From: a virus
Lineage: Duplodnaviria; Caudoviricetes
Length of the DNA stretch: 64,000 nucleotides
Virus record (IMG/VR): IMGVR_UViG_3300031992_000029
Span: 32,001-96,000 of that record
Reading direction: 5' to 3' (one strand)
In this document: positions 41,200-50,030 of the stretch, in pieces
Position numbering within the stretch: the first letter of the stretch is position 1
Layout: the number at the start of each line of letters is the position of its first letter
Translations under genes and position numbers: made by a program
The notes under the pieces: generated by a model
The model's database searches: none
What the model was told of the DNA's origin: nothing
The model's input: the letters and a program-made list of their open reading frames with translations, nothing else

Positions 41200-44192
41200 T
41201 ACGTTGCTTTTGATTCACCGTTTACATTCTGCCATCTACGCATACTGTATTCGGCTTTCCTTTCTTTTGAATATGAACGTACCGGTGTGTAAAACCCTAC
41301 GATCCTCGTGTATTCAGTTGCAATCGGCTTCCCGCATACAGGACATGTCGTTCCGTAGAATGCATGGTTGCTTTCACACGCCTGAATCTTAGTATTGAAT
41401 GCGAAGTATGTAACACCGGCGTCTGCAATATAGTTGACCATATCCCATGCTTTATCGAAGCTGTCAAAAGGTGCGTCGATATTATAGTGGAGAATTGATC
41501 CGCCGTTGCAGTATCCGTCGAACTCTGCGGCGATTCTTACTCTCTCCTGACCAGTTGTTTGGATTCCGAGAGGAATGAACTGATTGCCGTATAGAGGAAG
41601 ATCATAAATGTTAGCTTCTGGATAGAAGAATTTATCTTTTTGCATTAACTTAGCAGCAGCGGATTCACCTGGGATTTGCTCGGTGTTAATCATGTAGTCG
41701 CATCCGTATTTAGCAATGAATTCGTCTGCTGTTTGACGCATTGTCTTAAAGATCATATTGCCGAACCTTGACGCATCATCTGTATAGAATGTGTTACCGA
41801 ACTCGTCTAATTTTATATAACCAAATTTCTTCATTGTCTCGTATATTCCGATGAAGCCCACCGTGGAGTAGCAAGATTTGAAGTCTATAAGATTATGATC
41901 AAAGTTGGGAAGTAGATGTTTGTCTACATTCCTACTGATGATATGTCTCACTCTATCGAGAGCGCACAGGTCAATCCACACTCTCTCTTTAAGAGCGTCC
42001 AGGTATTCTTCCTCACTAGATGTATCAAGCGCGATTCTTGCAAGGTTTACTGTAGACACCTTTATTGAGCCGACTTTTAACGCCGTCCCGCCAATTGAGT
42101 TAAAATACCCGAGGTCTTTGATATTCGATTTTAAACGACAGTTGTGTGTAATGATTCCATTTGGAAGTGTAAAGTACGGTTCACTTTCAGGCATTTCAAA
42201 ACAATAGCAGTATTCATCTGACGATTCAGATTCTTCTATTGATTTAATCTTGAAGTAAATCGAATTATTTCTTTTCACATACACATCAGATCTTGTTCTC
42301 TTGTTATGTGACTCGTACCATCTAATGCAGTAGACAGGATAGTTCCTACTAAAAGACTGTCCTCTAATAACTATGCTACCGTCACCAGTTCTATCAGAGC
42401 GATCAATAATGCTTTGTAGGCCAAGGGAATTAAGAAGCACTTCAATATCTTCTACAAGTCCACTGGACGTTGTATAAATCCTGTTACTATTACCGCCGTC
42501 AGTCAGATAGTATCCATCTAAGATTCCTTTTCTGAATTCATAAGACTGAAGTAGGCAATCAAGATTTAACCTCTTCTCAAAACAATACTTTCCAGAAACA
42601 AATTGCCTGATAAACATTGCAACCGTATTACTAGAAATCATTACGGGATAAACATTGTTGTAGGGAGTATAAAGTTTAAAATCTTTAACCTCTCCGAGTT
42701 GATTTTTAGCAACATTAATTATCTCGCAAGACCTTTCGTACTTCTCTTGATTCAGCGACAATGAGACTCCGGTTGCGTATCCATCTTCGTCTTCATTACT
42801 CATTGAGCCGTCGCCAAGGTACATACCGATTAAATACCCCTGCTCGTATGTCAGACGATTATCTACCTCTTTAACGCTATTTAGCTCACAGTTATTGAAA
42901 AGCAAATAATCTTCCGTAGAGAGTTCTGTAGTAGGAATATCGCCTCTTAAAGTTGGATTTAAGTGATTATCTGTTACAATAATTTCTTTATTATTTGCTG
43001 TTGTAATCTTATACATGGGTCTTTTAGGAAGCCTTATGGCCTTACCTTTTACCCATGATCCGTTATGATATACGGTGAAGTTTCTTTTCGTCTGGTTGTA
43101 TGGGGCATCGTATAATTCTCTAAAGGTCATATAATTAACTCCGTTTGAGGACTTTGTTAAAACCTTTTGAGATCCATCAAAGCAACAGTTACTTAACGAA
43201 CTAACGCTTGTGTCAACAAACAAGTTACTATCTGACCACTTCATATTGTGTGCAATTGCCCAGCGAGCAAATTCCTCGTCTACGAACTTTCCGTCCTTTC
43301 TTAAAAGAGAAATTGTACTTACAGGGAATGTGAACATGTTTGTTGAGCGAATCTCAGACATGACTTCCATATACCATTTTTGGAACTCAATAATTTCTTC
43401 TTCGTAGTCAATCATGAATTCGCCGTTAGGAAATTCTGCGCCACCAAACAACGCTTCAAAGTACGGTCTGTCGAAGACTGATGTATTAGTAAATGCTGAC
43501 TGACTGCCGTCCCTTACGTATGGCTGGTTTACCGCATATATGAATCTTTGGCAGTTCTGTTTTGCGTAGTACTCTCCATTATTACTTGACCTTATTCCGA
43601 GATAATCTTCGTCTAAATCCTTTTTCCAGAAATAGAACATGTAAGGAATAATGTTGGGCAGACCCACGGCGCCGCTAGTTCGATTACAAGCAAAACTAAC
43701 AAATTCCTTAATAAAATCTACGAATGTGGTTAAATGATTGGCAGGGCATGCGTTCTGCCCATCAATAAAATATAGCCCTTTTTCTGCAAGATCTTTTAAA
43801 TCGTAAGCGAAACAGTACGAGCGAAATGTTGAAGAACTCGCATCATGCATATAAAGCTGCCCGAGCCATTCAGCTTCAAGCCATCTATTCGCTGCTGCAA
43901 ACCCAAACTTCTTCTTAATCTCGTAGTAAATCTTATTGAACGCAAGCAGTTTTTCATGCGGCTTAGGCATCTCCCTCTCAAGAGTAACAATGTCCTTATG
44001 GCTCACATTGCTATTTCCGTCGATACTAGCGTCCGCAACGGTATCTCTATCAACAAAGTTATCAATAAAGTCCGTGTAACTGATTTGCGCGTCGTCAAAT
44101 CCGTTTAGCCTTGCAATATCTGTTCCGTATTTATCTTGTAACTGGTTATATTTTGCTGTAAAATTCTTATCTAAATTGATGTTAATTCTCAT
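41199..44192 (-). CDS. nrdD: Class III (anaerobic) ribonucleotide reductase containing an intein
   Basis: SNC|CRL finger loop, EQIPGES, CPVCG, RIVGFY glycyl-radical motif. Confidence 0.93.
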   Translation of the reverse strand: MRININLDKNFTAKYNQLQDKYGTDIARLNGFDDAQISYTDFIDNFVDRDTVADASIDGNSNVSHKDIVTLEREMPKPHEKLLAFNKIYYEIKKKFGFAAANRWLEAEWLGQLYMHDASSSTFRSYCFAYDLKDLAEKGLYFIDGQNACPANHLTTFVDFIKEFVSFACNRTSGAVGLPNIIPYMFYFWKKDLDEDYLGIRSSNNGEYYAKQNCQRFIYAVNQPYVRDGSQSAFTNTSVFDRPYFEALFGGAEFPNGEFMIDYEEEIIEFQKWYMEVMSEIRSTNMFTFPVSTISLLRKDGKFVDEEFARWAIAHNMKWSDSNLFVDTSVSSLSNCCFDGSQKVLTKSSNGVNYMTFRELYDAPYNQTKRNFTVYHNGSWVKGKAIRLPKRPMYKITTANNKEIIVTDNHLNPTLRGDIPTTELSTEDYLLFNNCELNSVKEVDNRLTYEQGYLIGMYLGDGSMSNEDEDGYATGVSLSLNQEKYERSCEIINVAKNQLGEVKDFKLYTPYNNVYPVMISSNTVAMFIRQFVSGKYCFEKRLNLDCLLQSYEFRKGILDGYYLTDGGNSNRIYTTSSGLVEDIEVLLNSLGLQSIIDRSDRTGDGSIVIRGQSFSRNYPVYCIRWYESHNKRTRSDVYVKRNNSIYFKIKSIEESESSDEYCYCFEMPESEPYFTLPNGIITHNCRLKSNIKDLGYFNSIGGTALKVGSIKVSTVNLARIALDTSSEEEYLDALKERVWIDLCALDRVRHIISRNVDKHLLPNFDHNLIDFKSCYSTVGFIGIYETMKKFGYIKLDEFGNTFYTDDASRFGNMIFKTMRQTADEFIAKYGCDYMINTEQIPGESAAAKLMQKDKFFYPEANIYDLPLYGNQFIPLGIQTTGQERVRIAAEFDGYCNGGSILHYNIDAPFDSFDKAWDMVNYIADAGVTYFAFNTKIQACESNHAFYGTTCPVCGKPIATEYTRIVGFYTPVRSYSKERKAEYSMRRWQNVNGESKAT
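42141..43184 (-). mobile_element. 348-aa intein with LAGLIDADG homing endonuclease in nrdD
   Basis: Starts CFDGSQKV, ends GIITHN before C(+1); VTDNH block B; LIGMYLGDGS and ILDGYYLTDGG. Confidence 0.93.
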
Positions 44193-44412
44193 GTTGACTT
44201 ATCCATTTGTTTGCTTCGGAAAACTCCATGCATACGCCGTCAACCTCAAGAATCGGTGCTGTCATAAATCCCTTGGCAATCATCAAATCTTCGTCATATA
44301 CCTGAGAATATGTAATATGTTTTGCATCCATCTTCTTTTTAAGTACAGCGCATCTGGGGCATCCAGTGGTGTATAAAATTATATTTTCCATTCCATTCAT
44401 TCCTTTAGACAA
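44182..44412 (-). CDS. Glutaredoxin/NrdH-like protein
   Basis: YTTGCPRC, APILEVDG; start may be the third Met. Confidence 0.85.
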   Translation of the reverse strand: MSKGMNGMENIILYTTGCPRCAVLKKKMDAKHITYSQVYDEDLMIAKGFMTAPILEVDGVCMEFSEANKWISQHEN

Positions 44413-44593
44413 CTACTACTCTTTCGAATTCACCAAGCGGATAAATACCTACCCACTGCTTTTTATTAATCACAACGAATATTTTCCCGTCGTAATAATA
44501 ATCTGTGTACTCGTCAGGGTCCCACGTATCTACATCACCGTTATTGTGATATACATATACGCTTCTTTTCTTTGCCTTTTTATCCTTTTTCAT
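44405..44593 (-). CDS. Hypothetical protein
   Basis: GAGGAG RBS. Confidence 0.6.
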   Translation of the reverse strand: MKKDKKAKKRSVYVYHNNGDVDTWDPDEYTDYYYDGKIFVVINKKQWVGIYPLGEFERVVVV

Positions 44594-44595
44594 TA

Positions 44596-45306
44596 TTACT
44601 CCTCAAGATTATCAGCGTGTTGACTAACCCAACCTCTATAATTAGTCGTAAGTTCACAAATCCGGGCTCTCTCCTGCCCCTCGAAATGTTTAATATACTT
44701 ATCAAACCCACTGAGATTCTTATTTGCAAGGTCACACTGTAGTGTATGTCCTATAACTATTACTTTTGTGTTGTCTTTCACCCTAGTAAGCACAGTTTTC
44801 AACTGTGAAACTGTAAAATTCTGAGCCTCGTCTATAATTACAACAGCGTCATCAAGATTTACACCTCTCATAAACGTATCTGTCATACATGTGATGTGTG
44901 CAGATCCGTTTTTACTCGAATCAATGCCGTCATAATCCTTAACTGCGACGTGTGGCATCACGTTACATGTTATTAAAGCCTCAAAAAACGGTGTAAAATA
45001 CACAGAAGACTTCTGCGACATGTCACCAGGCAGATACCCTTGCTTTCTTTCGCCATATGGAGACACAATATATATGATTTCGTTGTATTTTCCGTGTTGG
45101 ACAAGCAATTCAGCCACCCCCGTAGCTATTGTTGTCTTGCCAGTACCGGCTTTTGCATTACAAAACACTATATCGTTGTCATCTTCCCATATAGAATTGG
45201 CAAAATATGCCTGATTCTCATCCAATCTCATTCCGTAGAAGAAATTTGTGTCAAATCTTTCTGGTTCTTTGTATTTTTCGACCACACTTTTCTTTTTACT
45301 AGCCAA
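44596..45306 (-). CDS. phoH: PhoH-family ATPase
   Basis: AKAGTGKT, GYLPG, MRG, IDEAQN, LTR. Confidence 0.92.
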   Translation of the reverse strand: MASKKKSVVEKYKEPERFDTNFFYGMRLDENQAYFANSIWEDDNDIVFCNAKAGTGKTTIATGVAELLVQHGKYNEIIYIVSPYGERKQGYLPGDMSQKSSVYFTPFFEALITCNVMPHVAVKDYDGIDSSKNGSAHITCMTDTFMRGVNLDDAVVIIDEAQNFTVSQLKTVLTRVKDNTKVIVIGHTLQCDLANKNLSGFDKYIKHFEGQERARICELTTNYRGWVSQHADNLEE

Positions 45307-45321
45307 AATTGATCGCCCCCT

Positions 45322-45957
45322 TTATAAAATTTCATCAAGCGAGCAATCTTTGCCAATGATATAGTCGACTACGCCCTTTTCTTTGGCCTCATCGGCAAAC
45401 ATATACCATTCGACTCTCTTTTTTGACTCGTATTCCTCCTCTGTAATCGAAGTTCTTTCGAGAATATAGCCCTTTATCCTATCATTTGCCTTTACCATGA
45501 ACTCAACTTCGTCCTGTACCTTAAGTTGAGACCCCATAGACATACCGGACCCATCATGAATAAGAAACCTCGTATTCTCGAATGCGTAGCGTTTATGGCC
45601 TGCCATATTAATAAGTGATCCCATGCTGTACGAGTATCCAGCGTTGATAATATACACAGGTGTTTTGCTCTGTAGGATCAAATCAATAATCTGGAACCCT
45701 GTTTCTTCTTCGCCACCAGCCGTTGAAAGAAAAATCTTAATCGGAACCCTTTCTTCGACCGGAATGCCGGCATCATCCTTATTAAATCTTAGAATATTTC
45801 TAATTGCCTCTTTCACAGATAAACTTTCGCTCATGATGTTCGAGTCAAGAAAGATAATTCTGTTTTTAATATCCTTAATTTCTAGTGAATCCCAGAAATC
45901 ACAATTCTTCTTCGGAATTTTGTAATCGAAATATCCTTTTTCAGTAGTCTCTGCCAT
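45322..45957 (-). CDS. clpP: ClpP-family protease subunit
   Basis: NRIIFL, STAGGE, YSMGSLI (Ser), LIHD (His), ADEAKEKGVVD; likely start MAETTEK. Confidence 0.82.
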   Translation of the reverse strand: MAETTEKGYFDYKIPKKNCDFWDSLEIKDIKNRIIFLDSNIMSESLSVKEAIRNILRFNKDDAGIPVEERVPIKIFLSTAGGEEETGFQIIDLILQSKTPVYIINAGYSYSMGSLINMAGHKRYAFENTRFLIHDGSGMSMGSQLKVQDEVEFMVKANDRIKGYILERTSITEEEYESKKRVEWYMFADEAKEKGVVDYIIGKDCSLDEIL

Positions 45958-46501
45958 ATATAATGTTCTCCTCAACGAATTTAGTTATTTTTGCCCGTAA
46001 ATCTTCAAGAGAACCATCGTTAATGATAGTGTAATCCGGCTCTACATCATCTAAAGCGGTCTCAGAGATATGGGCATTTTGTTTTTTAGTAAGCCCGTTA
46101 TCAAAATCAGGTCTTACAACACGAAGATGTGTCGTAAAGAAGCCATTATTCCTGAGGCATTCAATCTCGTTTGGAAATCTGGTATCTGGTATAAGGACAA
46201 AGTCCCATTCGCTTCCAAAGAAGTTAAGCATATCAACTATGAAGTAACACCAGTAGTCAGTAACTTTGCTCCTTACTACATCTGTACCTACATACTGTAG
46301 GAGAGCCCTTCCTTTATCATCTTTTCTGCCATCCCAGTCGAAAAAATTCTTACATACATATTTTACAAGGTCGCCGTAGTGGGTGATTAGCACCCTGTAT
46401 CCATGATCTGTGAGGTATTCATTCAACATCTCTGCGCAGGTATCTTTTCCGTGCCTGGCCTTACCAGAAATGGGAATTACCCTCAATATAACCACCTCCA
46501 T
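45941..46501 (-). CDS. Deoxynucleoside monophosphate kinase
   Basis: ISGKARHGKDT, RALLQYVGT, PDTRFPNE, HISE. Confidence 0.85.
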   Translation of the reverse strand: MEVVILRVIPISGKARHGKDTCAEMLNEYLTDHGYRVLITHYGDLVKYVCKNFFDWDGRKDDKGRALLQYVGTDVVRSKVTDYWCYFIVDMLNFFGSEWDFVLIPDTRFPNEIECLRNNGFFTTHLRVVRPDFDNGLTKKQNAHISETALDDVEPDYTIINDGSLEDLRAKITKFVEENIIYGRDY

Positions 46502-46513
46502 TTGATTTTTATT

Positions 46514-46637
46514 TGTGCGTAGCGAGCCGGATCTATATAACTTACGCTACGCACACACTCAGTTAACGCTTCTATATAAATTAAACGTGGTGTCTTGTGA
46601 GAGGAGCCGAAACACCACACTCAATTTCATCGCTTCT
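46514..46637 (-). ncRNA. Tandem leader-plus-hairpin RNA element (candidate)
   Basis: Two units of AGAAGCG-N5/7-TGAGTGTG plus a hairpin carrying CGGCTC. Confidence 0.35.
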
Positions 46638-46644
46638 TATATTT

Positions 46645-47151
46645 TTAAAACGAAATAGCAGTAGTTGTTTTTCTGCTTGTGCAATACGATACTTTATAGT
46701 CCGTTTCTGCAAACACGTTCTTGGCAATAGTCTGATATAGCGTAGAACAAATGCCGTTTGCGTCAAGTAAGCTATCATTAAAGTATTGAACTACTTCCTT
46801 TGCGAAAATTACATACGTAATTTTCCCCATAAACGGCGTATCAATTTCTCTAACCGAATCAACTACAGGATTTCCTCTAAATGCAAGCCTGTATAGATTG
46901 TCATTCGGCATACCGAAGATTTCGTTAGACGGGATAACTGTGATTTTTAGAATAAGAGCACCAAAAACCTTTTCCTCTGGAAGAAGTTTTGAAAGCGCAT
47001 ATGCTTTTGCTGGATTGTCTACATATAATTTGATTTCTGGCGCTTCTTCATCGTAAACAATTGTAATTTCCCTGTCCCTTTCAAACAGACATGTAAGTTC
47101 TTTGTAATAAATATTCCATGGTGAACATAATTTAAGCGTTGCCATATACAA
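46645..47151 (-). CDS. Conserved-looking phage hypothetical protein
   Basis: 168 aa, KEVVQYFNDSL. Confidence 0.7.
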   Translation of the reverse strand: MYMATLKLCSPWNIYYKELTCLFERDREITIVYDEEAPEIKLYVDNPAKAYALSKLLPEEKVFGALILKITVIPSNEIFGMPNDNLYRLAFRGNPVVDSVREIDTPFMGKITYVIFAKEVVQYFNDSLLDANGICSTLYQTIAKNVFAETDYKVSYCTSRKTTTAISF

Positions 47152-47165
47152 TCTCCATTGTTTTT

Positions 47166-47402
47166 TTAGTCGTAATATTCAATTTTTATAATTGGTGTAT
47201 CGCTCTCATAATATTCCAATATTCCAGGCCCGTAATAATCTATGAACGATAGTTGCTCACCAACAACTGCATTAATGGAAGACTCGTCGATCTCATTTAG
47301 ATTCCAATGATTTCCTTTATGCCTGGTACACCACGCTTCGTTATCACGGTAGTGAAAATAAAATCTTGTTCCATCTTTAACATACACTGTCATCGTTCTC
47401 AC
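47166..47402 (-). CDS. Hypothetical protein
   Basis: ORF, GTG start. Confidence 0.6.
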   Translation of the reverse strand: MRTMTVYVKDGTRFYFHYRDNEAWCTRHKGNHWNLNEIDESSINAVVGEQLSFIDYYGPGILEYYESDTPIIKIEYYD

Positions 47403-47413
47403 TATAAAACCCT

Positions 47414-47787
47414 CTAATACATAATGACCATTAATGGATTATTATACTTTTTACTTAATTCGATATTGTATTGTGTCCCCTTAGATTTACCATCCCAGAA
47501 AAGCACATATCCTCTGTTCTTAAATCCAGATATAAACTGATGCATTTTTCATTTCTAATAAACCCGGCACTCTTCCCGTACTTGTCCCATTCCGCTTTAA
47601 ACTCTACGAACTCTAACCCATTATCTTTTGCATATCGCTCAGCTAATGTATCAGCTCCTCTCGCGCCGCCAGATACGATACAAATATTGTCACCGTACCT
47701 GGCAGTTAACCGCCTTATTTCTTTGGAAAGGAGGTCGTAGTCGTAAAATGTTCGCGTTCCTGCAACTAAAAGGTAAAATTTCTCCAT
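47414..47787 (-). pseudogene. SLOG/YspA (DUF2493-like) protein with a -1 frameshift at A5 47545-47549
   Basis: VAGTRTF, VSGGARGAD, AGFIRN; the conserved FWDGKSKGT tail lies in the -1 frame, ending TAG at 47414. Confidence 0.7.
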
Positions 47788-47803
47788 ATTTTCGTGAATA
47801 AAA

Positions 47804-48433
47804 TTAGTCTTTTGTATTGCTTGTAATCAGCTCAGAATGCGGAAGAAGTTCAATCCACTCACAAAATCTGCGCCATTCTGGTAATCTATGGTTCTTTCTT
47901 TGTGCATAAATCGTCTTTAACTGTCTATAATTCGTAGTCATCCTAGCGGTGAGTTCAAATCCTGCCGGGTTTGAATAAATGATTTCAAGATACTTTTCAG
48001 TAATATCATTCTTGTTAGCCTTCGCCTCAACCATCTCGTTATATTCGTTTACTTTCTTCTGCATTATTTCAACGATATCTGGATCAACATACTGGTTATA
48101 AGAGTTTCGAAGATTGAACTTTGTAATTCTGTGCATTGTGCTTTGCGAACTTACAAAGTCAAAGAAGTGATATCTTTCAGCCTCTACCCACGCTTTATTA
48201 CTGAACTTCAAATCAAACTGTACTACCACACCTGTAAGCCATTGGTCGTGCCCAGCTCCTCTCTCCGCCTGTGCGAGAGATTTAATTCCGTTAGTGAGCT
48301 CAAAATTAATCGAGTCTATGTCAGTCGACATTGGGAACTTAGCACCTCTAATGCTGTTATTAAGCCCATATACCGCTGCATTTGTCACCGGTCCATAACT
48401 AAGTACATCAATAACGTCTTGTTCTTTTACCAC
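47804..48433 (-). CDS. ThyX-like (flavin-dependent thymidylate synthase-related) protein
   Basis: GHDQWL, SSQSTMH, TTNYRQLKTIYAQR..HRLPEW; canonical RHR motif absent. Confidence 0.6.
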   Translation of the reverse strand: MVKEQDVIDVLSYGPVTNAAVYGLNNSIRGAKFPMSTDIDSINFELTNGIKSLAQAERGAGHDQWLTGVVVQFDLKFSNKAWVEAERYHFFDFVSSQSTMHRITKFNLRNSYNQYVDPDIVEIMQKKVNEYNEMVEAKANKNDITEKYLEIIYSNPAGFELTARMTTNYRQLKTIYAQRKNHRLPEWRRFCEWIELLPHSELITSNTKD

Positions 48434-48544
48434 ATAACCCCTCCTGTCAATTCTCGGCTGACCAAATGAAGAGCCAGCCGATATATGTAATGTTTATTTT
48501 TATAGTGACTTAGTAAAAAAATAGAACTGTTGTTTTATATGTAT

Positions 48545-48573
48545 ATTATACCATATTTGTAGCAATTTGTCAA
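48545..48573 (-). promoter_or_regulatory. Perfect consensus sigma-A promoter driving the nucleotide-metabolism operon
   Basis: TTGACA-17 bp-TATAAT with TG extension; leader hairpin TCGGCTG...CAGCCGA at 48454-48481. Confidence 0.88.
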
Positions 48574-48587
48574 CACAAATCTAATAT

Positions 48588-49559
48588 TTACAGATTAACC
48601 TTTACGTATCCGCCGCTGTTAGACCATCCTGACCATACCGGTGTATCTTTTGGGTTTGCACTTGCAGTCGGAATATGGTCGCACAAATCCATAAGATCTA
48701 CCCATCTAGGCCCCTTACTTCCAGAATCGAGTAGAAATGCCTTACCATCATCTCTCATCTTGACAAGTAATGAATAATGGTTTGCTCTGGTATACCTCTT
48801 ATCTTCTACGCCTGTTTTCTTTGACTTGCTGACGAGTGACACTATGACAGGCATTCCCTTTGCAAGATGTTCCTTAATATCATTATACGAATACTGTGTG
48901 TTGAACTGGTTTACTCTTGTCGAATCGATGCCGACGCTCTTAAGCATCTTCTGACATGCACCAATACTGATTGGACATTTAGCTGTCCCTGTAACTGATG
49001 CAAGTTTATTCTTATAGTATGCAACAGGCATAATACTGTCATCAGCAAATGTAGCCATAACAGCCAACGCAGAACACATTCCGCAACCAGATCCAGATAT
49101 GTTGGCAATACCCTGTGCGTGCTGGTCAAACCCAATATACTTTTTCATGCCACGGGCTGTACTTGTCTCATTAGTTACATACCTCTTTCCGCCATTATCT
49201 TTCTTTACACTTGTAATATTTGTGTGCAGATCTTTTGTAGCGTTAACACGCCACATCACAATATCATAGTCATCGCCAAGTGCTTCTTTTCTTTCCTTAT
49301 CATTTCCGTATTTTCCGGCCCACACATCTTCAGCTGTCTGAACTACCCAAGTAACCTTTTTCTGTACTTCATCATAATAAATTCCGAGAAAGTTCTTTCT
49401 TTCGTCGCCTTTACCGGCGCGGTCTTCAAGTACGAACTGTGCTAGAATTCTAATAAGATTATCATGGTCGCTAAGTATCTCATTTACAGCTTCTGATATC
49501 GTAGGCCAATTAGACTCTGTGATACCATTCGTTAAAATTAACTCAATAATACCCATCAA
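48588..49559 (-). CDS. Cell-wall hydrolase-like protein: 2x CW_7 (Cpl-7) repeats + C39-like Cys peptidase
   Basis: AEDVWAGKYGNDKERKEALG.DYDIV..RVN; GCGMCS, NHYSLL, LLDS. Confidence 0.7.
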   Translation of the reverse strand: MMGIIELILTNGITESNWPTISEAVNEILSDHDNLIRILAQFVLEDRAGKGDERKNFLGIYYDEVQKKVTWVVQTAEDVWAGKYGNDKERKEALGDDYDIVMWRVNATKDLHTNITSVKKDNGGKRYVTNETSTARGMKKYIGFDQHAQGIANISGSGCGMCSALAVMATFADDSIMPVAYYKNKLASVTGTAKCPISIGACQKMLKSVGIDSTRVNQFNTQYSYNDIKEHLAKGMPVIVSLVSKSKKTGVEDKRYTRANHYSLLVKMRDDGKAFLLDSGSKGPRWVDLMDLCDHIPTASANPKDTPVWSGWSNSGGYVKVNL

Positions 49560-49573
49560 TTTCCTCCAATATA

Positions 49574-50026
49574 TTAATCATTTTGGTCAGGGCCGAATCC
49601 ACTAATAAAATCGTACAAATCGTCGTTGCCAGATTCAACAACACTATATAACTCGTCGTCGAATGGAAGTTTAGATTCTACTTGTGCTTTCATTTTTCTG
49701 CCATACGACCCGGCCCTGCCAGCGTTCTCATATAATATCTCGTCTACATCTCCTTGTTTTCCCTGTCTAACACCTCTAAACACGATAGAGCTGTTAGTAT
49801 TTGGAAATGTAAGTTTACCGCCATGTACACCAGATACAGCGTAACCTACACGTATGTTATATCTGTGAATAAGATCAATGTTATCCCTTACAAAACGCTG
49901 CCTAACTGACATTGCGAGACCGGCCTTATCCGTAATAACTTCGATATTAAGCGGCTTCTCTGCGCAACGTTTTACAGCGTCGATTAATAAATCATTTGTA
50001 AAAATATCTACTGCTTCTATAGCCAT
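49574..50026 (-). CDS. Hypothetical protein (likely start MAIEAVD)
   Basis: The longer track ORF overlaps dnaE; ATG 50026 follows the dnaE stop. Confidence 0.6.
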   Translation of the reverse strand: MAIEAVDIFTNDLLIDAVKRCAEKPLNIEVITDKAGLAMSVRQRFVRDNIDLIHRYNIRVGYAVSGVHGGKLTFPNTNSSIVFRGVRQGKQGDVDEILYENAGRAGSYGRKMKAQVESKLPFDDELYSVVESGNDDLYDFISGFGPDQND

Positions 50027-50030
50027 ATAT

